From: an uncultured Acidobacteriota bacterium
GTDB taxonomy: Bacteria > Acidobacteriota > Vicinamibacteria > Vicinamibacterales > CAVVIG01
Reading direction: 5' to 3'
DNA length: 64,000 nt
Assembly (NCBI GenBank): GCA_963757355.1
Contig: CAVWRG010000003.1
Location: 2,818,165-2,882,164 of the forward strand
Below are positions 48,058-57,672 of the stretch, in pieces (position 1 is the first letter of the stretch; each line of letters starts with the position of its first letter). Below the pieces are notes generated by a model, which made no database searches, was not told where the DNA came from, and worked only from the letters and a program-made list of their open reading frames with translations. A program made the translations under genes and the position numbers.

Positions 48058-50520
48058 TTACGCATCTCGAAGGACTTCCGCTGGATCGATCCGCGATGCG
48101 CGCCATGCCGGCAGACCACCGGCCACCGCGCCGACCGCGGCGAGCGTCACCGCCGCACCGATCAGCGTTGCGGGATCCCGGGGTGCGAGTCCATACAGCA
48201 ATGACGCCACGAACGTCGACGCCCATAGACTGACGCTGGCGCCGACGATTACGCCAAGGCCGATCAGCAAGGCCACGCGGCTCAGCACAAGCCGGACCAC
48301 ACGGGTCGGAGCCGCGCCGAGCGCCATCCGAATGCCGATCTCGCCGCGCCGACGCGCGACGGCATAGGCGGTGACACCGTAGAGCCCAAGACCGGCAAGC
48401 AGCAATGCCAGTGCTCCGAAGAATCCCGCAAGCGCAGCGATCAGACGATCCTGCGCCAGCGATTCATCGACGATCGCGGTCAGCGGACGAAATGTCATCG
48501 TCATGTCGGGATTGACGGCCGTCAACGCGGCGGCGATGGCGCGCGACAGGAGCGCCGGCGAGCCTCTGGAAGACCGCACCGCGATATAGAAATACGTAAA
48601 CTGAAGCGGATCTTCACGCTGTGCCAGTGGGAGATAGATCGTGGGCCGCATCGGCGTCCGGATCGACCGATACGCCGCGTCACCGGTGACACCGACGATC
48701 GTTCGCGCACCGAGCGGGATGTCGCCGGATGAACCGCTGCGGAATGTGAGGGCGAGCGGCATGCCGATCACGTCCCGTCCCGGGAAGAAGCGCCGCACGA
48801 ACGCCTCGTTCACCAACATCACCTTCGGCGCCGTCTCCGTGTCGCTATCGTCGAAATCGCGGCCCGCGCGAACAGGGGTGCCGTACGACGCCAGCGTGTC
48901 GGGAGTGATATCGATGTTCTGCGAGACGGCTTCTGCGTCCGGCCCCGGCACGACGCCAGGAGTCGTCACAATGATGTCGGCGACCAGAAATCCGGCGAAC
49001 GGCGGATTCAGTGAACCTCCTGCGTGTGCAACACCCGGCACGGACGCCACCGCGCGCACGAGCCGGTGATAGAACGGATTGCGGTCCGCCGCCGGGACGG
49101 TCGGCGCCGTGATGGTGACCAGGAGGACACGATCGCGATCGAACCCGAGTGGCGCCCTGGCAAGTCGTTCGAAACTCCGCACGAACAGCCCCGCAGCGAC
49201 GACGAGTAACAACGACAGCGCGACCTGAACGACGATGAGACCGCTTCCAAGACGGCCGTCCGCGGCGCGCGCGACACCCCCGTGTTCGCGCAGCGTATCG
49301 ACGGGCACCACGCGAGTGGCGCGAAACGCTGGCGCCATCCCGAACACCAGCACGGCCGTCACCATCGTCGTCGCGGTGAACGCCAGAACCCGCCAGTCGA
49401 GTGAGAGGTTCAACACAATAGGCGTCGTCGAGGTCGACAACTCCTTTACCAGGAGTCCGGCACCCCATTTTGCAAACACGAGCCCGAACATCGTGCCGAC
49501 CCCTGCGAGCACGATGCCCTCTGCCAGCAGCTGGCGCACAAGGTGCCAGCGCGACGCGCCAAGTGCGAGACGGACGCTCCATTCGTGCCGGCGCGCGGCG
49601 CCGCGCGCGAGCATCAGGTTCGCGATGTTCGCGCAGGCAATCAGCAACACCAGCGCGACGACCGCGAGGATCGCGACCAACGGGCGTTCGAACCGTTCGC
49701 GAAGCGTGGAGGTGCCCGCGCCAGCAGATTCGAGGGTGAACGGGTCGCTCAGAAATGCCCGCTTGAAGCGCTTCGGCACGGCGCCTGCGCGGATTTGCGG
49801 CTGCACGGCGCGGAGCGCAGCGGTGGCGGCGGAGAGCGACATGCCCGGTTTCAGCCGCAGCATGATACTCAACCAGGGCACGTCATCGTCGAAGGCGGAA
49901 CCGGGAAGCGTCGTCTTCAGCGGAAGGATCATGTCGAACGTGGATCCGACCTCGACGCCGAGGAAGTCGGGCGGCGTCACGCCCACGATCGTGACCGCGG
50001 TGCCTCCGAGGCTGACGGGCGCGCCGATGATGCTAACGGCGCCGTCGAAACGCTCCTTCCATAGCCGGTAGCCAATGACGGCCACCAGCCCGTTCGGACC
50101 GCGGGAGGCCACTTCGTCGGCGGGTGTCAGCAGCCTGCCGACGAGAGGGGAGACGCCGAGCGTGTCGAAGAAGTCGCCGCTAACAAAGAAACGATCCACC
50201 GGCAACGACTCGGCGCCGACGGTCAGGGTCCCCTTGCCGCGATTGCTGAACGCCAGCGCCCCGGCGAATGCCTGGCCGTGTTGGCGGATCTGGTCGAACG
50301 TCGCAAAGCTGAAGGGCGGTCGGTAGGAGGTGTTCGAACTGACTGATACCAGCACGAGGCGCTGGGGATCTGCGACCGGCAGTGTCCGCAAGAGCAGGGC
50401 ATCTACGAGCGAAAAAATGGCCGTGTTCGCACCGATGCCGAGCGCCAGCGACAGGATAGCGACGGCGGTGACGATGGGCGTGGCGCGCAGCGCGCGAATG
50501 GCGAGGCGGAGATCCGGCAT
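48058..50520 (-). CDS. ADOP duplicated ABC permease
   Basis: MPDLRLAIRALRATP, ACANIANLMLARG, PAWRASRIDPAEVLRDA. Confidence 0.95.
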   Translation of the reverse strand: MPDLRLAIRALRATPIVTAVAILSLALGIGANTAIFSLVDALLLRTLPVADPQRLVLVSVSSNTSYRPPFSFATFDQIRQHGQAFAGALAFSNRGKGTLTVGAESLPVDRFFVSGDFFDTLGVSPLVGRLLTPADEVASRGPNGLVAVIGYRLWKERFDGAVSIIGAPVSLGGTAVTIVGVTPPDFLGVEVGSTFDMILPLKTTLPGSAFDDDVPWLSIMLRLKPGMSLSAATAALRAVQPQIRAGAVPKRFKRAFLSDPFTLESAGAGTSTLRERFERPLVAILAVVALVLLIACANIANLMLARGAARRHEWSVRLALGASRWHLVRQLLAEGIVLAGVGTMFGLVFAKWGAGLLVKELSTSTTPIVLNLSLDWRVLAFTATTMVTAVLVFGMAPAFRATRVVPVDTLREHGGVARAADGRLGSGLIVVQVALSLLLVVAAGLFVRSFERLARAPLGFDRDRVLLVTITAPTVPAADRNPFYHRLVRAVASVPGVAHAGGSLNPPFAGFLVADIIVTTPGVVPGPDAEAVSQNIDITPDTLASYGTPVRAGRDFDDSDTETAPKVMLVNEAFVRRFFPGRDVIGMPLALTFRSGSSGDIPLGARTIVGVTGDAAYRSIRTPMRPTIYLPLAQREDPLQFTYFYIAVRSSRGSPALLSRAIAAALTAVNPDMTMTFRPLTAIVDESLAQDRLIAALAGFFGALALLLAGLGLYGVTAYAVARRRGEIGIRMALGAAPTRVVRLVLSRVALLIGLGVIVGASVSLWASTFVASLLYGLAPRDPATLIGAAVTLAAVGAVAGGLPAWRASRIDPAEVLRDA

Positions 50521-50847
50521 TCGGCCTCCAGGAAATCGGCGAGTTCCATTGTAGAGAGGGGATCGAGAAAAGTCTCCCCGGAAACGAGGCGTTCGCGAGA
50601 GGCGGGTCAATAGCTTGGGTACGCGTTGCCTCGCGAAGACGCAGTCAATGCCAGCCGGCGGTAAACGCGCACAAGGCGCGAAGCGATAATTCGTCAGTGC
50701 AATTCTGCCGACCACGCGCCAAAACTGCCACGCTCATTTCTACGCGGTGTGGACGCTCTGGACGTGGGAGAGTTGCACGGCGGCAGCGAAGCTGCGCCAC
50801 CGAGACAACCAGACAGGCGGGTGACGACACCACGGCGTGGCTCCAAG

Positions 50848-50939
50848 GCCGATTTCGGTCAGGATGCCGGCGCAGTCCGGTTTGCCATCCAGCGAGGGCA
50901 CTCCCGATTTTAGTCGTGACTAAAAATTCGGCACATGAC
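50848..50939 (+). repeat. 92-bp direct repeat, copy 2
   Basis: See copy 1; TTTTAGTCGTGACTAAAA at 50908-50925. Confidence 0.9.
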
Positions 50940-51038
50940 CGGCTGCAAGGTATCGCCGGCGCCGCGAAGGCACCTAAGTGCGCGTAGACCCGTGACGCAG
51001 ACGGTCGGCCTCTTCTACCACCGATAGCCGCGTCACCT

Positions 51039-52238
51039 TTAAGGATTACCGGTAGAGCGACGCAGATTTGGCCACATGTTTTCAATGACTGCCCAGCCTA
51101 GATCGGTGGCGTGCATGCCGAAAGCGTCACCACCTGCAACCGCTCCAGGTGCGTAGTCGGTCCACAGCAGTTTCCTATCGCGCAGCTCGCGGGTCGCGGC
51201 ATCAAATCGTGAGCGACCGTCGGCTCCGTCGAAGTGCGGCCCGAGATTTCCAGCATGAAGCGAGTTTGCGATGTGTTCGCGCTGCAGCCGACCGTACCAG
51301 TTCAGAGCCAAAATGGCCTCCGGGCTCAAAGTTCTCGTGACCGTATGAAGATTGTCTTGGGCCTCCTTCCGCTCTGGTTCACGTGACTTCTGCGTGGGCG
51401 TAGCCTCACCGAAAATGCGGACAAGGTCTCGCCCACGATCCTTGGCATCGTACGCGGCTGTATCCGCCGCCGTCTTCAGTCCGGCGAAGTCGGTAGCGTG
51501 AGTCGGGAACATCGCGACACCGATGCTAAGGCTTACAGGCAGCGACCGGGACGTGAGCGGTTGGCGATTCACAGCGATTCTTAGCCGTTCAGATATAACA
51601 ACCGCCTCAGGTTCTGAATAATTCGGAAGGACAAGTGCGAACTCGTCGCCTCCAACGCGGTACGCCGTTCCCTTGCCTTTGACGCACGCTTGAGCAATAT
51701 CAGCGATGGCGCTTAGCGCCTCGTCGCCAGTGTCGTGACCGCCGTGATCGTCGTTGATGCTCTTGAAATGGTCGACGTCAAACCAGATCAGTGCCAGTTC
51801 TTCGCCGGCTGTGCGAGCACTTTCAACGAAGCTTCGTAATTCATCGTCAAACGCCCGGCGGTTTCTTAATGGCACAAGAACATCGACCATGGCCGCATCG
51901 ATCTTCGTGGTTGGAAATGCCTCGCGGTCTGCAGGACCTCTTCTAGACAGTTCGATGCGTAGGTCCGCATCGAGCATGTCCCAGATCACATGTGCTTGAT
52001 CATAGGCTGGAGCCCCTGCCCCTTGGCAGCTGGCCATGATTGCCGACGCTTCTGCCATCGCGGCTCGGATTTCATCCACCGTTTGTGGTCGAGGTTCCGT
52101 CACGACATAGCCACGGTAGTCCTGCTTCTGAATCCATTTCCGCTCGTCTGGACACTGTTCCAAAACGGCCCTCAATTCCCGAATTTCGCGCCGCTGATGT
52201 AGTGGCGTCGGCTGTCCAACTCCCACGCGGAATTGCAC
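51039..52238 (-). CDS. GGDEF diguanylate cyclase with extra C-terminal domain (start may be GTG ~52103)
   Basis: NRRAF, DVDHFKSINDDHGGHDTGDEAL, YRVGGDEFAL, SIGVA. Confidence 0.88.
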   Translation of the reverse strand: MQFRVGVGQPTPLHQRREIRELRAVLEQCPDERKWIQKQDYRGYVVTEPRPQTVDEIRAAMAEASAIMASCQGAGAPAYDQAHVIWDMLDADLRIELSRRGPADREAFPTTKIDAAMVDVLVPLRNRRAFDDELRSFVESARTAGEELALIWFDVDHFKSINDDHGGHDTGDEALSAIADIAQACVKGKGTAYRVGGDEFALVLPNYSEPEAVVISERLRIAVNRQPLTSRSLPVSLSIGVAMFPTHATDFAGLKTAADTAAYDAKDRGRDLVRIFGEATPTQKSREPERKEAQDNLHTVTRTLSPEAILALNWYGRLQREHIANSLHAGNLGPHFDGADGRSRFDAATRELRDRKLLWTDYAPGAVAGGDAFGMHATDLGWAVIENMWPNLRRSTGNP

Positions 52239-52258
52239 TCCGGATCGTCCGGCAGGCC

Positions 52259-54430
52259 CTAAGCGCCAGGGCTGATGGCCTCGAGTTCCTCGTCGTCGAT
52301 CAGGCGCAAAGTCGAAGCCCCTTTGCTAAGGCGAAAGGAGACGAGCAAGATATCGTTGGCGTCTGCCCCCCGTCGAGCCAAGAATGCGTTGTAACCATAG
52401 GATGTTCCTTCGGTGTTGATTCGAACAATGCCTGCGTCAGTGCCGCTTTCGTCCGTCGCTGGGAATTCCCGTCCGACAACGAAACGACGAATGGCCGACG
52501 GAATTCCTAACACAAAATGGGACGGGAGGTCTGGAAGCCTGGCCGCTAGCCAGAGATCACCGCGTTCGGTCCAACCGTGGTCGATGATACGTTTTTCGTT
52601 GGGCCTTGACGCGTTTGCTTCCCGAAGGGCCTCGACGGCGGCCGCATCTAGTCTGGTTCCTCGCAATGACCACATGTCGGTGCCGACGTGGGCGATAACG
52701 GGGCTCGCTGTCAGGTACTGAGAGAACGTGTTCGGATTCATCCCCAACTCGGTGCAACTTCTGGCCAAACTGGCACGGTCAAGTAAGCACGCTGGCGATG
52801 ATCGAAGGACCTCGAAGAGAACGCGTTCCGTCGGATTCAGTTCGCTGGCGTACTCGAGCTGGCCGATAGAGCCAACATAGCCGCCGGCGTCAATCGAGAA
52901 CTCGGGATGAACGCGATAGAACTCCTGAAGAACGGCACGGGGTGGTGTCACAAGAGACCACGAACCCATGCCGCGCGTTCGGCGTATTTTGTAGTGGCGA
53001 TGGACGCCCTCCCGAATTTCACCGACGGGAATAGGCGAGGTCACAGACAGCATTTTTCGGGTGACGTTTCGCAAGCGGTTCCTATCCGGGATGCCGGCTT
53101 TGTACCAAAACCAATCCTCATTCAAGAATTCGATTTCCTGGCAGTCTTTCAGCAATCGTCGGACTCTCTGATGGTCGGCGTCGGAGTGGCCTCGAGACGC
53201 TAACTCCGTTGCCACCTCCTGCACGTTGGTGGCACCAGAAGCCTCCGCCTGGCGACAGGCTACGGACAACGTAGCCCGTTCAAACTCCAGCCTCTGCTCG
53301 ACAATCACGCGCGGCAGTCCGACCGAGCTCTCGAGTTCGAAAGGCTGAGGTCGGCCGCAGAATTCGGCAACTGCCAACAGGCTCTTTGGGTGGAAGGGGC
53401 GCGAACTGATGCTCTTGGCTTTGAGGAGTTCTGCGGCGCGGTCGACGCCTATGGGAGCAGCCTGTCGAAGCGTTCGAATCGCCTCATCGAGTTGAGGCAT
53501 GAAAATCGGGTGGTTCGGCAACCGACCAGTAAACTTCGTTTGAATCTGCCGCATTCGTTCTCTGGTAACACCCAGTATTGAAGCTGCCTCCTCCAAGGTT
53601 GCCGGTTCCTCACCGTCGCATCCGAGACGACGCACAAGCGCTCGGAGTCTTACGCCATTGTGCCGTGTCAATTGCGCCACGAGGTCTTCCAGAGCCACGT
53701 CAAGTGGAACCTGTGACAATCTCGTCAGCCTTTCCCGCACGGCGATCAGCGACCGCGCCAATTGCATCTCCGCGAGTGGAGGGTCTTCCGGCTCCGCGGT
53801 CAGTTGCTCCAGTCGTTCGAAGATGGTCAGGTGCCCGGGAGGAAGTAGATCCGAGAATCGCGGATCCTGGTTGCTGATCTGTCCGGACCAAACGGCATCA
53901 ATTGCCTCGAGCAACTGCGCGGCAGGATCGTCGCACACCGGCACTCCTTCCCTCATAGCCTGGTGCGTCGGCGTCAAGGCAGCCTCTGCCACACAAGCGA
54001 AGTCGAGAACTGAAGCTGCGCCCAGGGCTGGAATCGACAGTAAGTCTCCGAACGACATGTTGGAGAGGCGGGAAATATCTGAAAGGAGCCCCGCATTTCG
54101 GAGGCAATTACGAGTGCGACTCGACCAGGGCAGGAACGCAGGATCCAGTGAGCGTGGCAAGGGCCGTACGAACACTTGAAGGTCGGCAATGGGCAAGCGC
54201 CGCATAGAGATGACGTTGATCAAGAACCTTCGGACTGATTCTGGGAGTTCGTCGTGGCGACAGCGCAACCATGCGCCGACATCAAGTGCGGAAAACGTCG
54301 CATCTGGCTCGAGGCCCAGCTCGAGCGCAACCCACTGCGGCACAGCCTCAACATCCCAAAGCATGCGAAGGCTTTCCGGCAGGAGGGGGCATCCTCGTTC
54401 GCCCCACGCCGGTATTCCTAGGTTTTCCAT
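52259..54430 (-). CDS. Multidomain protein with RNAP alpha-CTD-like and sigma70 region-4 HTH domains
   Basis: SSRTRNCLRNAGL...FGDLLSIPALGAASVLD (alpha-CTD pattern); RRLGCDGEEPATLEEAASILGVTRERMRQIQ (sigma-4 pattern); no sigma region 2 seen. Confidence 0.8.
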   Translation of the reverse strand: MENLGIPAWGERGCPLLPESLRMLWDVEAVPQWVALELGLEPDATFSALDVGAWLRCRHDELPESVRRFLINVISMRRLPIADLQVFVRPLPRSLDPAFLPWSSRTRNCLRNAGLLSDISRLSNMSFGDLLSIPALGAASVLDFACVAEAALTPTHQAMREGVPVCDDPAAQLLEAIDAVWSGQISNQDPRFSDLLPPGHLTIFERLEQLTAEPEDPPLAEMQLARSLIAVRERLTRLSQVPLDVALEDLVAQLTRHNGVRLRALVRRLGCDGEEPATLEEAASILGVTRERMRQIQTKFTGRLPNHPIFMPQLDEAIRTLRQAAPIGVDRAAELLKAKSISSRPFHPKSLLAVAEFCGRPQPFELESSVGLPRVIVEQRLEFERATLSVACRQAEASGATNVQEVATELASRGHSDADHQRVRRLLKDCQEIEFLNEDWFWYKAGIPDRNRLRNVTRKMLSVTSPIPVGEIREGVHRHYKIRRTRGMGSWSLVTPPRAVLQEFYRVHPEFSIDAGGYVGSIGQLEYASELNPTERVLFEVLRSSPACLLDRASLARSCTELGMNPNTFSQYLTASPVIAHVGTDMWSLRGTRLDAAAVEALREANASRPNEKRIIDHGWTERGDLWLAARLPDLPSHFVLGIPSAIRRFVVGREFPATDESGTDAGIVRINTEGTSYGYNAFLARRGADANDILLVSFRLSKGASTLRLIDDEELEAISPGA

Positions 54431-54491
54431 GTTCAATAAAGCATTCTTCAGTTAAGGAAGATGCCGATATGGTATCATGTCAAGCATTTTT

Positions 54492-55109
54492 ATGGCTAAA
54501 AAATCGTTGACATCTACGACAACAACGGCGGAGTTGGTGACCTGGGCGGTGTACATCCTCGGAGGCGACCAAAAGCGTATTGATACGGAAGACGTGGCGG
54601 TCAAGGCGTTTGAGCTGGCGCCGAAGCGCTTTAGTTGGCGCAAGTATCCCCAGCAGATCAACCTCGAGCTGGTGCGTGTCTACCTTTCAGACGCAAAGAA
54701 AGCTGAACACGGCGAGCTTCTGACAGGCTCCGGGAGGACCGGCTGGTCGCTAACGCGGAAAGGCTTGGCTTGGCTTCGCTCGGCCCGGTCGAAGCTCCAG
54801 TCACTTGGAACGGACGAACCGCAGAGGCGTGAGTCCCGAGCCGGGTCCGTCGATTCAAGTCGCCGCGACCGCGAGCGCAAGCGCATTCTGTCCCTTCCCG
54901 CTTGGGCGCGGTGGTCCCAGGGTGAACGATCGGTTGTTCTCGCGGAGGCGCGAGAGGTGTTTCGACTTGACAGCTATTCAACGTTCTCAGTTCGCGAGGG
55001 GAAGCTCACGCGACTGCGCGCCATGTTTGGGGACGACGATGAGCTGAGTCCGTTCTTGACGCGCCTTTCGGACGAGATTGACAAGGAGAAGATCGATGGC
55101 CCGAGTTAA
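54492..55109 (+). CDS. Hypothetical protein with N-terminal winged-helix-like domain
   Basis: AVYILGG...DTEDVAVKAFELAP...GWSLTRKG; stop overlaps the ATPase start. Confidence 0.75.
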   Translation: MAKKSLTSTTTTAELVTWAVYILGGDQKRIDTEDVAVKAFELAPKRFSWRKYPQQINLELVRVYLSDAKKAEHGELLTGSGRTGWSLTRKGLAWLRSARSKLQSLGTDEPQRRESRAGSVDSSRRDRERKRILSLPAWARWSQGERSVVLAEAREVFRLDSYSTFSVREGKLTRLRAMFGDDDELSPFLTRLSDEIDKEKIDGPS

Positions 55110-56742
55110 TGACATGAAAGTCACGTCCCACGTTGGACGGGACCTGTTGGCCTCAGCCGCGGCGTTCAAGACAGAGGCGGCGGCGGTTTGGGAATACGTG
55201 GTCAACGGGCTTCAGTACGTCGATCGAGGCACCACTCCTCGCATATCCGTCAGCGTCAGCCAAGCTGACCGTGCGATTGCGATCAGCGACAACGGTCGGG
55301 GGATGGCCGACAAGGATCTCCAGCACTTCTTTACGATGCACGGCGAGAACGTTGATCGCCTCGCGGGTCGGGCCGGCCGCGGGAAGTTTGGCACCGGAAA
55401 ATCTGCCGCGTTCGGCATTGCCACACTTCTGCGCGTCGACACCGTCAGGGATGGCCTTCGCAACGTGGCCGCGTTGACGCGCGACATGATCGAACGTTCG
55501 GGCGGTAAAGAAATAATTGTTGACTGGTTGGCACGAAACGAACGGGTTGATTCACCAAACGGCACCACGGTCTTCATCGAGGGCGTCTTGCTCAGGCAGA
55601 TCCGAACGGCGCCGATCATCGAGTACATAGAGCGCCACCTTCAAGCGTTTCGGGCAGTGGCTCCAGAGGTCGCCGTCAACGATCATGTCTGCGCCTACCG
55701 AGAGCCCGAGATTGAGGCGCAGCACAGATTCGAACCGTCCCCCGAACAGGCTGAGATACTGGGCCCCGTAAGCTTACTGATCAAGGTCGCGCGCGCCCCA
55801 CTTCCGGAGGCCGAACAAGGAGTCATCATAACGGCCGGACTAGGGAACCTGGTGGCCGTTGAGAGGGCCGGCACCGAGAACAAGGAGTTCGGCACGTACC
55901 TGTTCGGGGAGATCGATGTCATCGCCCTCGACAACGCCGCGATCCCCATCGCACCCTACGACTCTAGCCGGTCGCTGCAGCTCAATCTGGAGCACCCGGT
56001 GGCAAGCGTGCTAATCGGATTCATCGGCTCGAAGCTCGAACAGGTTCGAGCCGATCTCGTGCGGCGCGGCAAAGAGGCTCGCAAGAGCGAGCAGGCGCGT
56101 CGACTTGAAGTTCAGGCTCAGAAGATAGCCGAGTTATTGAATAGCGATTTCAATAGTGTTCGAGACCGCTTGACGAGCATTAAGACCGTCGCAGCGAAAC
56201 CAGGTTCGGCAGGTGCTCGATTTGGAAGCGGCACGACGGGAGACGATAGCCCGGATTCCTGGGTGAGTGGAACGCAACAGAGGGGAAAGCTTGAGCGTTC
56301 ACGGAAAGACCCCAGCCCCGGCGAGGGCCACGGGCGAACTGCACCGCACGTCGCGGTGTCAGGAGAACCGAATCGAGATGGAAAGGACCCGATCGACCCG
56401 GCTGGCTCAAGTGAAGGAGCTCGCCGTCGTCCGAGAGGTGGTTTTCAAGTTGTTTACCGGAATCTTGGTCGAACCGAACATCGGTCGCGTTATGAGGAGC
56501 GCTCGTTGAGCATTCTGATCAACCTGGATCACCCAGTGCTGTCGGCAGCCATTTCAGATGGCAGCGTGGAGGAGGCAGGTGTTCGTCGGCTTTCCTACGA
56601 GATTGCTTTCAGCGAGTACGCAATGGCCCTCGGATACGAACTTCTGAAGCAAGACCCCAACATGCCGGCTGACGACCTCTTGTACGAGGTCCGGTCCAGC
56701 CTCAATCGAGTTGCACTTTCGGCCGCTCCGCTTTATCGCTGA
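55096..56742 (+). CDS. GHKL/MORC-type ATPase
   Basis: Bergerat motifs EYVVNGLQ, ISDNGRGM, GKFGTGKSAA, NGTTV; AAGGAG RBS. Confidence 0.9.
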   Translation: MARVNDMKVTSHVGRDLLASAAAFKTEAAAVWEYVVNGLQYVDRGTTPRISVSVSQADRAIAISDNGRGMADKDLQHFFTMHGENVDRLAGRAGRGKFGTGKSAAFGIATLLRVDTVRDGLRNVAALTRDMIERSGGKEIIVDWLARNERVDSPNGTTVFIEGVLLRQIRTAPIIEYIERHLQAFRAVAPEVAVNDHVCAYREPEIEAQHRFEPSPEQAEILGPVSLLIKVARAPLPEAEQGVIITAGLGNLVAVERAGTENKEFGTYLFGEIDVIALDNAAIPIAPYDSSRSLQLNLEHPVASVLIGFIGSKLEQVRADLVRRGKEARKSEQARRLEVQAQKIAELLNSDFNSVRDRLTSIKTVAAKPGSAGARFGSGTTGDDSPDSWVSGTQQRGKLERSRKDPSPGEGHGRTAPHVAVSGEPNRDGKDPIDPAGSSEGARRRPRGGFQVVYRNLGRTEHRSRYEERSLSILINLDHPVLSAAISDGSVEEAGVRRLSYEIAFSEYAMALGYELLKQDPNMPADDLLYEVRSSLNRVALSAAPLYR

Positions 56743-56788
56743 GTGAAGTGTAGAGAATCGCGCGAAAGCCGTGGCGGCCAAACGCATC

Positions 56789-56875
56789 TACCCACGTGCT
56801 GACCCACTCGAACTGGCTACCCACGCCAAGCGGGAAGGGTTCTGACGGGGTGGGGCTGCGCCGATTGGCTAGGAA
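56789..56875 (+). repeat. Internal copy of the island A right end
   Basis: ACCCAC repeats with the same 12/17-bp spacing as 57968-57997; GGTTCTGACGG and GCCGATTGGCTAGGAA shared with 58028-58085. Confidence 0.8.
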
Positions 56876-57336
56876 CCGGCAAGCGGGTGCTGCCGGTTCC
56901 GGAAAGTTGCCGAAACGAGCCACGGGAGATCGGCGGATCGAGCACGACTGGGTGAGCGCGCTCGCGGGCACGGTCGTACGCTCTTGTCAAGTCTGCCGCT
57001 GATCCCGAGGTCACCTGTGGCGGACTTTGCCAAGGGGGTAAAGGGCGAAACGTCAAATCGTTTGGTGCGATTTTGCCGACTACGCGCCGAACTCGCCAGG
57101 TTCCTGTACGCGCTGTGTGGACTCAACAGGCAAGGAGGCGTTCATGATGCGAGTTCTCTTGTCGCTTGCTGCTGTGAGTCGGTTCAAACGCCCGGTTCTC
57201 CGTCTTTTTTTGGTGTTATCGTGCGGCGTGACGCTTCGGCGCAGACCTGCATGGGCGGCCCGACCATCACCGTGCGACTCGCTAGCAATCGACCATTTGT
57301 TTGGTAGCAAGACGCTCGAGAAAGGACAACCCTCAC

Positions 57337-57672
57337 ATGGCCAAGAAAGTCCGAAAGTCGTCGTCTCTGGTCAGCAAGTCGTCGGTCGCCTCGAACAAGA
57401 AGTCTTCGGGCGTTACCTCCGGGACGAAGATGCCTGCGAGCGCGAAGCAGTCCGTCACGAGGGGACTGATCGCGCGGGGTCAGCGGGCCGCAGCAGTGGC
57501 AAGCGGAAAGAGAGCCATTGCGAATATGAAGATCAACGCGACAAAAGCGGAAGCGATCATCGAGATGGCAAGGAAGGGTAGATGGCCCTCCGAGGAATTG
57601 AACAACATGCTGAAAACCCTTGGCGAGACGAGCAACCCGACCGCTGAGAAGACTACCGCAAAGAAAGCATAA
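57337..57672 (+). CDS. Small Lys/Ser/Ala-rich basic protein
   Basis: AAAGGA RBS; MAKKVRKSS...EKTTAKKA. Confidence 0.65.
   Translation: MAKKVRKSSSLVSKSSVASNKKSSGVTSGTKMPASAKQSVTRGLIARGQRAAAVASGKRAIANMKINATKAEAIIEMARKGRWPSEELNNMLKTLGETSNPTAEKTTAKKA

Noticed and set aside
52259..54430. Bona fide sigma factor or rpoA
   Set aside because: Only region 4 and an alpha-CTD-like segment recognisable; no region 2 or alpha-NTD
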